This document shows, piece by piece, positions 15,681-23,338 of a stretch of 44,393 nt of DNA (the first letter of the stretch is position 1; each line of letters opens with the position of its first letter). This stretch comes from a virus, in the IMG/VR virus record IMGVR_UViG_3300032157_000019, positions 1 through 44,393 of that record; one strand, written 5' to 3'. The position numbers and the translations under genes are program-made. The notes below the pieces were generated by a model that had not been told where the DNA came from, searched no databases, and saw nothing but the letters and a program-made list of their open reading frames with translations.

Positions 15681-16220
15681 ATGGGCAAGCTGGACGGCAA
15701 GCTGTCTTTTGAGGACGTGCGGCGCATATTCAACTATGACCAGCGGACCGGCGAACTCCGCTGGAAAATTCGCATGGGTTGCCGGGCGTTGCCCGGCTCG
15801 CGCGCCGGCACCCAGAAGCCAAGAGGCCATTGGGAGGTTAAGGTCCACCGCGTGCGCTACCAAGCCCACCGCATCATCTGGCTATGGATGACGGGCGTTT
15901 GGCCGAAGGAAATGATCGACCACAAGGATTGCGACCCGAGTAACAACAGGTGGAGCAATCTGCGCGAGGCGACTGCACAGGAGAATATTCGCAACCGCCC
16001 CGTGATGCGTACGAATGAAGTCGGCCTGAAGGGCGTCAGTCCGCAGTTCCGCAATAAGGACCCCAAAACCGGCGTTCGGCCGCGCACCGGGAGATGGAAA
16101 GCGCAAATCCGGATCAATAGCCGCGTTGTGCACCTTGGGTTCTTCAAGACGCCTGAGGAGGCACACGCTGCCTACAAAAGGGCCGCCGATCAATTCTACG
16201 GCGCGTTCGCGAGGGCATAG
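15681..16220 (+). CDS. HNH homing endonuclease with AP2-type DNA-binding domain
   Basis: HNH motif IDHKDCDPSNNRWSNLREATAQENIRN. AP2-like motif GVS...GRWKAQIRINSRVVHLGFFKTPEEAHAAYKRAA. Confidence 0.9.
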   Translation: MGKLDGKLSFEDVRRIFNYDQRTGELRWKIRMGCRALPGSRAGTQKPRGHWEVKVHRVRYQAHRIIWLWMTGVWPKEMIDHKDCDPSNNRWSNLREATAQENIRNRPVMRTNEVGLKGVSPQFRNKDPKTGVRPRTGRWKAQIRINSRVVHLGFFKTPEEAHAAYKRAADQFYGAFARA

Positions 16221-16222
16221 CC

Positions 16223-16855
16223 ATGAAAGTGATGGCGGTAGCTGCAACTAAAGGGGGAAGTTGCAAGAGCACCCTTTGTGCAAACCTGGGTGTGCGCGCC
16301 GAGCGTGATGGTCCAACCGTCCTAGTCGACTACGACCCGCAACTGAGCCTGTGTCGCTGGCGCGAGCTGCGCACAGAGGAGGGCGGCCCATCCGTTATCG
16401 AAGGCTGCGGCGATGGGGCCGTGGTCGATGTCCGCCGGCTTCGCGGCAAGGCCGATTGGGTATTGCTCGACATTCCGCCTGCCACGCAACACTTGATCCG
16501 CACCGGCATCAAGGCCGCCGATCTCGTGCTTATCCCGGTGAAGACATCCCCGCTCGACCTGGAGGCAATCGACCCGGTTCTTGAGCTTTGCGAGGAGCAC
16601 CGCAAGCCCTTTGCGTTCGTCGTTGCGATGTTCGATCCAAAGTGGAGGCTCGCTGCCGAGGTCTTCCCCTACTTGGAGCGCAAGGCGCCCGGCCGCGTGC
16701 TGCGCGAGGTCTTCAGCTATCGCCAGGCGTATGTCGGATCGATGATCGCAGGACACACCGGCCCCGAGTACAACGCAGATGCGCGCCAAGCGAGGGCTGC
16801 GCGCGATGAGGTCGATGCTCTGTGGGCGGCCATCAGGAAGAGGCTTGGAGCGTAG
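16223..16855 (+). CDS. parA: ParA/ParF-like partition ATPase (small, type Ib-like)
   Basis: 210 aa with deviant Walker A ATKGGSCKST. Also DYDPQ and Walker B-like VLLDIPP. Confidence 0.85.
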   Translation: MKVMAVAATKGGSCKSTLCANLGVRAERDGPTVLVDYDPQLSLCRWRELRTEEGGPSVIEGCGDGAVVDVRRLRGKADWVLLDIPPATQHLIRTGIKAADLVLIPVKTSPLDLEAIDPVLELCEEHRKPFAFVVAMFDPKWRLAAEVFPYLERKAPGRVLREVFSYRQAYVGSMIAGHTGPEYNADARQARAARDEVDALWAAIRKRLGA

Positions 16856-16856
16856 C

Positions 16857-17156
16857 GTGTCACAGCGTAGCCATACGACATTCATGGGTCTGTATGAGGG
16901 CGCGGAGCAGCGCCAGACCCGCGGCAGCACAGTGCGCGACCGGCGCAAGCGCGAGAGGCCGCCAATTTCGTCTACGGATGGGCGCAGGCGGCGCGGGCTC
17001 GGTCGGGATATGCAATTCAACACGAATGTCACGCCGGACCTTTTTGACTCCATCTCGGACGCCTGCGCGCGCTTCGATCTAACCAAGGCCGAATTCATGG
17101 AGCGTTCGGCGCGCGCGTACATCGACCAACTAGAGGCGCAAAATGAAGGCGCGTAA
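16857..17156 (+). CDS. Ribbon-helix-helix protein (ParG/CopG-like), putative centromere-binding partner
   Basis: GTG 16857 lies 6 nt after GGAG. The N-terminal tail is Arg-rich and disordered. The C-terminal RHH pattern is MQFNTNVTPDLFDSISDACARFDLTKAEFMERSARAYIDQLEA. Confidence 0.55.
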   Translation: MSQRSHTTFMGLYEGAEQRQTRGSTVRDRRKRERPPISSTDGRRRRGLGRDMQFNTNVTPDLFDSISDACARFDLTKAEFMERSARAYIDQLEAQNEGA

Positions 17157-17496
17157 GTTCTTGCTCGGCCTGTTCTCTGCGGCTCCCGAAGCGCCGAAGC
17201 CCGCTGAACCCGAACAGCAGAGTGCTAGGCTTCCTGATTTTGGCAGGCCCTCGCGGTTTATTTACACGCAGCTTGAGCCGGCGCGTGGGCGCAAGGCTGA
17301 GTGGTCAGATATATACGCAGCCTACGTCGCATGGTGTACGCCGTTCGGTCTGCAACCACTCAGGGCGCGCACATTCGGCCTAGCCTTGCGCGAGGTCTGC
17401 GACGCCGAGGGCATTTCCATCACGGTCACCGGAAACAAGGCCCACTGCGTGCATTGCAGGCTGGTTGGGGTTGGGACTCTGCCTAAAAACCCTTGA
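17143..17496 (+). CDS. Hypothetical protein (possible winged-helix similar to C-terminal region of P4-type primases)
   Basis: 117-aa ORF overlapping the RHH stop. WSDIYAAYVAWCTPFGLQPLRARTFGLALREV resembles primase C-terminal DNA-binding regions; this is a weak recollection only. Confidence 0.5.
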   Translation: MKARKFLLGLFSAAPEAPKPAEPEQQSARLPDFGRPSRFIYTQLEPARGRKAEWSDIYAAYVAWCTPFGLQPLRARTFGLALREVCDAEGISITVTGNKAHCVHCRLVGVGTLPKNP

Positions 17497-17636
17497 GTCT
17501 CAATGAGTCGGTTTTCGGGGGTTGGGAGCCTAAGTCATTGATGTGCATAAGTACGCGCGAATTCGTCCGATTACTTTTTTCAGCATGCGGAGCTTGATTT
17601 TGCTGATGAATTTTGAAGGGTTGGGAATTTCGCCAA

Positions 17637-18680
17637 CTAGGTTTGGGAGTCTTCGTTCGGCTTCTGTACGCGCAACTTGAGTATGGCCGCGCTCGCCAAC
17701 TGCCGCTGAGCGACTTCCTTCGTATACCGCTCAACCTCCTTCAGCGACTTGTGGCCGGTGACAGACATGATCTCGTGTTCGGAGCATCCGGCCTCCGCGA
17801 GGCGACGAGCTGCAGCCTTGCGCAGCCCGTGGGCCACGCACTCTTTCGGGAGCCCTGCAGCCTCGATGCTCTCTCCCATCCATCGGCTGATCGTGTCCGG
17901 TGTGTAGGCGCCGCGATGGCCTGTGACCAGGATGAGGTTGAGGGTCGGCATCGCGTCGAGCGCCTTGCGCAGCTCGGGGTGGATGGCGATTGCCAGCTTG
18001 GTCCCCGTCTTATGCTGGGTGAGGCCGATGGTGTTGCCGGCGATGTCCGCCCGGCGCATCCGCGACACGTCCCCAATGCGCTGGCCGGTGTACAGAAGCA
18101 GAGCGAACGCAAGCCGCTCCATCGTGCCGAGCGCCCAGCGCGCCTCGTATTGGGTGATCTGATCCTCGGTCCAGGTGTGATGCTCGCCGATCTTGCGCTT
18201 TTTGACGCCTAGCGTGGGGTCTTCTTTGATGCCCCACGAAGCGCGCGCCATGGCGAACCGGACCAGCCGGCGAAAGCACTGCAATAGGTTGTTCGCGGCG
18301 CCGGGTGTGCGGCGGTCCATCATGCGTTCAACGTGCTCTCGGGTCATGCCGCGCACGGGGCGGTGTCCGATGTCTTCTGCCGAAAGGGTGCTCTCGATCA
18401 CGTAGCGGTATAGATCGCGGGATGTCTGCGCCAAGTCAGTGTAAGCGGCGCTGGCGAAGTATTCTTGCGCTAGGCGGTCAAAGGTGCCGACATCCCCGCG
18501 CAGTCGCGCCCGCGCCGGGGCTGTGCCGGTCAGCGCCGCGGCGTAAGCGTCCGCGAATTCCTGGCTGCCAGGCGCACCGGGGAGCGAGATGCGAACGCCG
18601 CGGGAGCGACGGAAATAGTAGCGCACACAACCGTGGCGGTCGGCGAAGCGATCGACGTACTTGAGGCGAAAACGCGTCAC
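17637..18680 (-). CDS. int: Tyrosine integrase
   Basis: 347 aa with catalytic-domain motifs HGLRKAAARRLAEAG and VTGHKSLKEVERYT. The N-terminal arm-type region is YYFRRSRGVRISLPGAPGSQEF. Confidence 0.95.
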   Translation of the reverse strand: MTRFRLKYVDRFADRHGCVRYYFRRSRGVRISLPGAPGSQEFADAYAAALTGTAPARARLRGDVGTFDRLAQEYFASAAYTDLAQTSRDLYRYVIESTLSAEDIGHRPVRGMTREHVERMMDRRTPGAANNLLQCFRRLVRFAMARASWGIKEDPTLGVKKRKIGEHHTWTEDQITQYEARWALGTMERLAFALLLYTGQRIGDVSRMRRADIAGNTIGLTQHKTGTKLAIAIHPELRKALDAMPTLNLILVTGHRGAYTPDTISRWMGESIEAAGLPKECVAHGLRKAAARRLAEAGCSEHEIMSVTGHKSLKEVERYTKEVAQRQLASAAILKLRVQKPNEDSQT

Positions 18681-18937
18681 GTGAAGTCCTCCCAGCCGGT
18701 CTGCCCATGCACGGGCTCCGCTGCGGCGGAATTCAATTGACCGCCGAACACCGCGTCAAGGTCGAAGCGTGACCAGACCAGGCGCCGGCCGAAACGGCGG
18801 GGCTGCGGTAGGGCGCCGGAGCGCCATTGTTTGTCGAAGTGGGTGAGGCCGAGCCCGACATAGCGGGCGGCCTCCTTGCGGTAAAGGCCGGCCGGTGGCC
18901 AGCCGTTCTGCGATTGTCGGGGCATGCTCAATCCCAT
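18677..18937 (-). CDS. xis: Excisionase/AlpA-like HTH protein
   Basis: LYRKEAARYVGLGLTHFDKQWRSGALPQPRRFGRRLVWSRFDLD fits the AlpA/Xis HTH pattern. It overlaps the int start. The start codon is uncertain (18937, 18925 or 18976). Confidence 0.65.
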   Translation of the reverse strand: MGLSMPRQSQNGWPPAGLYRKEAARYVGLGLTHFDKQWRSGALPQPRRFGRRLVWSRFDLDAVFGGQLNSAAAEPVHGQTGWEDFT

Positions 18938-19099
18938 GGTGATCAGTCTATCCGCCCATGGGCACTGGTGCGGCATGCTGGAGTGGGCGGCCCGCCGATA
19001 CGCAGGCGGGCCTTACGCGATCTCCGAACGCAACCTCAGGTTTACGCCAGGGGCAGGGACGCGCGACCTGCCTTAACCCCGGCACTATCCTTGTACGGA

Positions 19100-19193
19100 A
19101 CGGTACGGTGGAGTTGCGGAGCCCCGCTGCTCTAGGACGCGACCTTTAGTGCAGCGGCACCTAGATCGCACATCCGCAACTCCACGCTACCGT
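19100..19193. repeat. Long imperfect inverted repeat in the xis-upstream intergenic region
   Basis: ACGGTACGGTGGAGTTGCGGA (19100..19120) is complementary at 19 of 21 positions to TCCGCAACTCCACGCTACCGT (19173..19193). Inner 7-bp pair: CCGCTGC (19124..19130) and GCAGCGG (19151..19157). Confidence 0.7.
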
Positions 19194-19210
19194 CCACAGG
19201 AAACTTGAAC

Positions 19211-19250
19211 CATGCCGTCAGTCCGTGCTTATGGTCAGACTGACGGCATG
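19211..19250 (-). terminator. Stem-loop downstream of the Cro/YdaS-like gene (candidate terminator)
   Basis: Perfect 13-bp stem catgccgtcagtc / gactgacggcatg with a 14-nt loop, 4 nt past the stop at 19255. It is followed on the minus strand by GTTCAAGTTTCC, a weak U-tract. Confidence 0.45.
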
Positions 19251-19254
19251 CGAA

Positions 19255-19551
19255 TCATCTAGCCGCGGGGCCTCTCGGGGGCTTCCTCACGTCAACACCC
19301 ACGCCCGGTATCTCAGACCACTTGTCCACCCCGAATAACCTTGGTGTGGGTTCTGCGCCCCTGACGAGAAGCCCAATGTATAGTCCAAGGTGGCGGCCTG
19401 GGGGCACCTCCCCGCGGGCCTTCCAATTCGAGATGGCGTTGCCGTTTTTGGCGATGCTCATCTTGTTCGCCGAGGCGAGTTTTTTCAGGCCGCCGTAAAC
19501 GGCCTCCGCCTCCTCTATGGTTCTGACGCGCTTCGATGTCTTTGCGTTCAT
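19255..19551 (-). CDS. Cro/YdaS-like HTH regulator
   Basis: GGLKKLASANKMSIAKNGNAISNWKARGEVPPGRHLGLYIGLLVRG fits the YdaS/Cro-type HTH. ATG 19551 was chosen; the track uses TTG 19557. It is divergent from the XRE gene. Confidence 0.65.
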   Translation of the reverse strand: MNAKTSKRVRTIEEAEAVYGGLKKLASANKMSIAKNGNAISNWKARGEVPPGRHLGLYIGLLVRGAEPTPRLFGVDKWSEIPGVGVDVRKPPRGPAAR

Positions 19552-19564
19552 AAGCAATACCTCT

Positions 19565-19583
19565 AACTCACTGAGCGTGAGTT
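19565..19583. promoter_or_regulatory. Operator (AACTCAC-N5-GTGAGTT)
   Basis: Perfect dyad aactcactgagcgtgagtt in the 65-bp gap between the divergent regulator genes. Confidence 0.7.
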
Positions 19584-19616
19584 TGTCAACAGGTTAAAGG
19601 GACTGCGGGTGCTGAT

Positions 19617-19907
19617 ATGGCGCGCAAGGTAATTCAGGCCACCCCGCATGCCGATATCGGGGCCAGATTGAAGGCCGCTCGGCTTAGCCTTGGCCACGAT
19701 CATTTGGGTGACTACGCCGAAAATGCGGGGATAAAGCCCAACGCCTACTCGCAGAACGAGACCGGCGTGAAGCGCATCGAGGTCGATGCGGCCCTGTCCC
19801 TCAAGAGGAAATACGGCGTCACGCTCGACTGGATATACGCGGGTGATGAAAGCTCGCTGCCGTACAAATTCGTCAACGGCATGGCCCGCCTTAGAAAGCA
19901 GAAGTAA
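19617..19907 (+). CDS. XRE-family HTH transcriptional regulator (CI/Cro-type)
   Basis: IGARLKAARLSLGHDHLGDYAENAGIKPNAYSQNETGVKRIEVDAALSLKRKYGVTLDWIYAG is a canonical HTH_3 pattern. Confidence 0.85.
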   Translation: MARKVIQATPHADIGARLKAARLSLGHDHLGDYAENAGIKPNAYSQNETGVKRIEVDAALSLKRKYGVTLDWIYAGDESSLPYKFVNGMARLRKQK

Positions 19908-19963
19908 CTCCTAAATCCTTTATAGGATGCGTGCTGAGTGGCGCGGCGGCAACGCCTGCGCCT

Positions 19964-19982
19964 AACTCACTGCGCGTGATTT
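19964..19982. promoter_or_regulatory. Operator, imperfect (AACTCAC-N5-GTGATTT)
   Basis: aactcactgcgcgtgattt, with 13 of 14 dyad positions. Its centre is 30 bp from the next operator. Confidence 0.55.
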
Positions 19983-19988
19983 TCCCGC

Positions 19989-20017
19989 TTGCAAACTCAC
20001 TGCCGGTGAGTTAGATT
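19989..20017 (+). promoter_or_regulatory. Predicted early rightward promoter
   Basis: TTGCAA (19989..19994), 17-nt spacer, TAGATT (20012..20017). It lies upstream of the first early gene at 20100. Confidence 0.5.
19994..20012. promoter_or_regulatory. Operator (AACTCAC-N5-GTGAGTT)
   Basis: Perfect dyad aactcactgccggtgagtt that fills the spacer of the predicted early rightward promoter. Confidence 0.7.
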
Positions 20018-20099
20018 GTCTGTGTAATGCGCTGATGCGGAAAGACAATCCGCACATGCAACCAGGGCGGCGTCTGATCCAACCAACGGAGAGACGCAA

Positions 20100-20309
20100 A
20101 TGAGCAAGCGGAACATCCAATGCATCTTGATCAAGGCACAGGACGACGTGGACGAAAGCTCCCCGGAGTACCTGCGCGGCGTCAGGGACGGCGAGCTGCA
20201 GACCTGGGCAAGCGCCCCGGACATGCGGGAGGGCCTGACCTACGCCTGCGGGTGGATAGCGGGCCGGTTCTGTCGGAAGCCAAAGCCCGTGCCCCGCACG
20301 TATCACTGA
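20100..20309 (+). CDS. Hypothetical protein
   Basis: 69-aa ORF with a GGAGAG RBS 7 nt upstream. It is the first gene of the rightward early block. Confidence 0.5.
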   Translation: MSKRNIQCILIKAQDDVDESSPEYLRGVRDGELQTWASAPDMREGLTYACGWIAGRFCRKPKPVPRTYH

Positions 20310-20341
20310 CCCGTGCTGACCTGGAAAGCGACGCGGCGGAG

Positions 20342-20638
20342 ATGGAGCTGAACGGCACACCTGAGCAATATGCCGAGGTGATGGCCCTGATCGACAGCTT
20401 CGGTCCCCGCCGCGTCGCCCCGACCACCATCCAACGCGAGCGCGAAAGCATCGCTGCAGTGCACATCCGTTACGGCATCGACAGTGCCGTATCCCGCGCC
20501 TTCGCACCCTCCGAGGTCCGCAAAGCCCGGATGGATCGTGAGCGTGCGTGGCTGGATCGTGTCACGGCAGAAATGATCCGTGACCGCGAACTTCGCAAGC
20601 GTGACCCCAAGGCATTCATCAGGAGCCTGCGGAAATGA
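20342..20638 (+). CDS. Hypothetical protein
   Basis: Internal ATG (MELNGTPEQYAEVMALIDSF...) of track ORF 20120..20638. The upstream part of that ORF overlaps the previous gene in another frame. Start uncertain. Confidence 0.45.
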   Translation: MELNGTPEQYAEVMALIDSFGPRRVAPTTIQRERESIAAVHIRYGIDSAVSRAFAPSEVRKARMDRERAWLDRVTAEMIRDRELRKRDPKAFIRSLRK

Positions 20639-20883
20639 TCCGTATCATGAGGCCGGACGCCGTGAATGCGCTGCAGGCGATAATCGTATCGCTCGGCGCG
20701 ATCCCCCTTGAAGTCGGGAATGCTGGATTAATCATCATAACGCCCGAGCAATTTCAGAAGTGCATCGAGGCGGCGCGCGAAGGTGCCGATCAAGGATGTT
20801 TCCACTGCGGAAGAATGCCGGCGCCTCATGCCACGGTTGGCGGCCCCATGTGCTCCGACTGCCTATCAATGTGCATGGACTAG
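20635..20883 (+). CDS. Hypothetical protein with Cys-rich C-terminus
   Basis: 82-aa ORF with an ATGA overlap to the previous gene. Contains CFHCGRMPAPHATVGGPMCSDC. Confidence 0.5.
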   Translation: MIRIMRPDAVNALQAIIVSLGAIPLEVGNAGLIIITPEQFQKCIEAAREGADQGCFHCGRMPAPHATVGGPMCSDCLSMCMD

Positions 20884-20894
20884 GGGCAACGCAA

Positions 20895-21179
20895 ATGACC
20901 GCCAAGCTAATCAACCTCTCCGACCACTCCACACCGAGCAAGCCAATGCCCCCTGATCCGAAACTGACGGATCACCAATTGCGCGCGCTCCGCATTCTTG
21001 CGGAGGCGGGCGGGCTGCCGTTGGTGTCCCCGGTCAACGGCTATTCGGTGGTTCTTGATACATCCGTCCCCGAGCTGTTGACCTGGGTTGAACTTCTCTC
21101 CCTCGGCTGCATCTACGGCGGCTCTGGTCGCATTTACCCGACCGACCTGGGGCGCTCTGTGATTGGGAGGCGGACGTGA
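20895..21179 (+). CDS. Hypothetical protein
   Basis: Internal ATG (MTAKLINLSDHS...) of track ORF 20760..21179. A winged-helix-like segment LTDHQLRALRILAEAGG is present. Confidence 0.5.
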   Translation: MTAKLINLSDHSTPSKPMPPDPKLTDHQLRALRILAEAGGLPLVSPVNGYSVVLDTSVPELLTWVELLSLGCIYGGSGRIYPTDLGRSVIGRRT

Positions 21180-21442
21180 CGCGCGAGTGGCTTCCAATCA
21201 ATACGCTGCCGGCGCCGGGTTTGCGCCCGGGCCGCGTGTTCGTCCTGGTCGAAGGCGAGAGGGATCACAGCGGGCTTCGCTGGCTTCGGCAGGAAGCTGG
21301 GATAGCCAGCACGTGGAACGATGGGTTCGATCCGGCCGACATTCGCCATATCGAGCTGAAGGGCGACATGGACCGAGGTTCCGGCGCGGTGACGCACTGG
21401 CTTCCAATCGAACTGCCCCGCTTCCCGGAGCGCACACTATGA
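21176..21442 (+). CDS. DUF551-like phage protein
   Basis: N-terminal REWLPINTLPAPG...VFVLV and C-terminal THWLPIELPRFP fit the DUF551 pattern. GTG start. Confidence 0.55.
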   Translation: MTREWLPINTLPAPGLRPGRVFVLVEGERDHSGLRWLRQEAGIASTWNDGFDPADIRHIELKGDMDRGSGAVTHWLPIELPRFPERTL

Positions 21443-21666
21443 TCGACCTCCAACCCACAATGTCCATCCAGCACGACGCAGAGGCGGAGCGTGGATTTGC
21501 TCACTGGCATCGCATGGAGGCAATTCGCGATTGGTGCGTGGAGTTTCGCGCCCTGCAGGAGGCCGCGAGGCATGCGGCGCGCGAGGAGTTTCGCGCTGAG
21601 CTGAACGCGGAAATCCGCGACGCTGGGCTGTTCGTTATCAACCTATGCAACTACCGGAGGCGGTGA
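21439..21666 (+). CDS. Hypothetical protein
   Basis: Internal ATG (MIDLQPTMSIQHDAEAERGF...) overlaps the previous stop as ATGA. Confidence 0.5.
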   Translation: MIDLQPTMSIQHDAEAERGFAHWHRMEAIRDWCVEFRALQEAARHAAREEFRAELNAEIRDAGLFVINLCNYRRR

Positions 21667-21800
21667 TGAACACCTGCTATCTGCTCCTTCCTCCCATCGC
21701 ACTCAACTTTCAGTGCGGGGACGGCCTGTGGTGGGCGTGGCTCTGCTTCGCAGTCTTCATGTGGGCGGCTGCTCTGACTGCCAAGGTGCTGCTGCGATGA
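21666..21800 (+). CDS. Small membrane protein (44 aa)
   Basis: Translation: MNTCYLLLPPIALNFQCGDGLWWAWLCFAVFMWAAALTAKVLLR. It is translationally coupled on both sides (TGATG upstream, ATGA downstream). It is below the ORF-track size cutoff. Confidence 0.4.
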   Translation: MNTCYLLLPPIALNFQCGDGLWWAWLCFAVFMWAAALTAKVLLR

Positions 21801-22687
21801 GCTTCACCGACCAACAGAAGACCGACCTTGCCGCCCCTCTCTCTCGGGCGAACGTGTCGAAGCGGCAGGGCGGCGGAAATCGCCAGCTTTCCTACATCGA
21901 GAGCCACCACGCCATCCGTGAAGCAAACCGCATCTTTGGCTTCGACGGCTGGTCCTCTGAAACCGTGGACATCAAGCTCATCGTGGACAGGGGCGGCGAC
22001 TACACGATTGTCGCCTACATGGCCCGCGTGCGCATCACGGTCTATGCCGGCGAGCGCACGCTGATCCGTGAGGGCGTAGGCACTGGCCACGGCAAGGATC
22101 GCGACGCCGGCCAGGCCCACGAGAAGGCCGCGAAAGAGGCAGAGAGCGACGCTCAAAAACGGGCTCTGCGCCACTTCGGAGATCAGTTCGGCCTCGCCCT
22201 GTACGACAAGGATCAGGAGCACGTTACGGACGCGCTGCCCGCCAACGCACCGCTGGTGGACAAAATCGAGAAGGTGGAACCCATGCCCCCAAAGCAGGAA
22301 CCGAAACCCACAATCGACAAGCGCGACGCACCGCCCTCGCACATCATCGCCCCGGCCGCTGATCCCAAGGCCCTTGCCCTGCGCAAGCAGGAGGATGACC
22401 GCAAGGCCAAGGAAGCCTTCATCGCGAACAGCAAGGCCATGGCGGACAGCTTCGTGGCCACCCTGAAGTCCCGCTACGAGGAAGCGCAGTCCGCCTCCAA
22501 CAAGCAGGAGATCAACGCGGTTCGCTCTGGCCACAACGCCTGGATACAGACCGCGCAGGCATGCTGGAGCAAGCTGGTTCCGGCCGATCAGTCCAGAGTT
22601 AAGCGCGAACGGCTTCGGCTGGAAGATTTGCTCAAGAACGGCGTGATCGATGAGATTGCGGAAATCGCCAAGGAGCAGGCGGCGTGA
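21797..22687 (+). CDS. Rad52/22-family single-strand annealing protein
   Basis: QLSYIESHHAIREANRIFGFDGWSSETV, VGTGHG and AEKAAKEAESDAQKRALRHFG are typical Rad52/Sak-type motifs. The start is ATG 21797 (MSFTDQQ). Confidence 0.85.
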   Translation: MSFTDQQKTDLAAPLSRANVSKRQGGGNRQLSYIESHHAIREANRIFGFDGWSSETVDIKLIVDRGGDYTIVAYMARVRITVYAGERTLIREGVGTGHGKDRDAGQAHEKAAKEAESDAQKRALRHFGDQFGLALYDKDQEHVTDALPANAPLVDKIEKVEPMPPKQEPKPTIDKRDAPPSHIIAPAADPKALALRKQEDDRKAKEAFIANSKAMADSFVATLKSRYEEAQSASNKQEINAVRSGHNAWIQTAQACWSKLVPADQSRVKRERLRLEDLLKNGVIDEIAEIAKEQAA

Positions 22688-23055
22688 CCTACCAAGGCGT
22701 CCGCGACATGAACCCGAACGAGCAGCGGGAGCACCTGTCCGAACTCATTCGGCTCGCCGAAATGGCGTGGATCGAACAGGAACATGATGCCTCCTGTCGT
22801 GAGGAAGGCCGCAAGATTGTCCTGGCCCAGATGATCAACGAGCTGCTGGCCAAGAAGCTGGAAAAGAGCGCGGTTGGCGCCGAGCGCACGGCTCGCACGA
22901 GCCGCCAGTTCGCAGAATATCTCAGGGCCATGCACGACAGCCGGCGCAAGGCCAACGAGCTGCGTGCGGCGTGGAAAAAGCAGGAGCGTACATATTGGGG
23001 CCTGGCGAGCCACGAGGCTACGGAGCGCAGGCAGATGCAGATGGCGGGGAGATGA
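22684..23055 (+). CDS. Hypothetical helical protein
   Basis: 123-aa ORF with a GTG start overlapping the previous stop. No motif recognised. Confidence 0.5.
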   Translation: MTYQGVRDMNPNEQREHLSELIRLAEMAWIEQEHDASCREEGRKIVLAQMINELLAKKLEKSAVGAERTARTSRQFAEYLRAMHDSRRKANELRAAWKKQERTYWGLASHEATERRQMQMAGR

Positions 23056-23056
23056 T

Positions 23057-23338
23057 ATGTGCAAGGGCTGCGAGATGACGGATAAGATTGCCGAGCTGTA
23101 CCGGCAAAACGGCCTATTCGTCCCGGAGGGCGACGGCGACCGAACGAGCCCACTTATCGAGGATTTTGACGCGGCCATTAATGCGCTGATCCATGTCATG
23201 GCCTTCATTGCCGCAGAGCGCGCGGCACCGGAGCCCTTCATTCGCGAAGTCGTCAAACGACTACGCGCAGAGACGAAAGAGCGGACTACGCGCGCAAAGC
23301 TACAGAGCCCACCCAAGCTGAGTGGGGCGCTGCATTGA
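23057..23338 (+). CDS. Hypothetical protein
   Basis: ATG 23057 is preceded by GGGGAG. Translation begins MCKGCEMTDKIAELYRQNGL.... Confidence 0.5.
   Translation: MCKGCEMTDKIAELYRQNGLFVPEGDGDRTSPLIEDFDAAINALIHVMAFIAAERAAPEPFIREVVKRLRAETKERTTRAKLQSPPKLSGALH

Noticed and set aside
21318-21336. GGTTCGATCC, a tRNA T-loop-like string
   Set aside because: The flanking bases (ATGGG / CGGCC) cannot form a T-stem. No acceptor or anticodon arms are present. It lies inside the DUF551-like ORF. No tRNA was found anywhere in the window.
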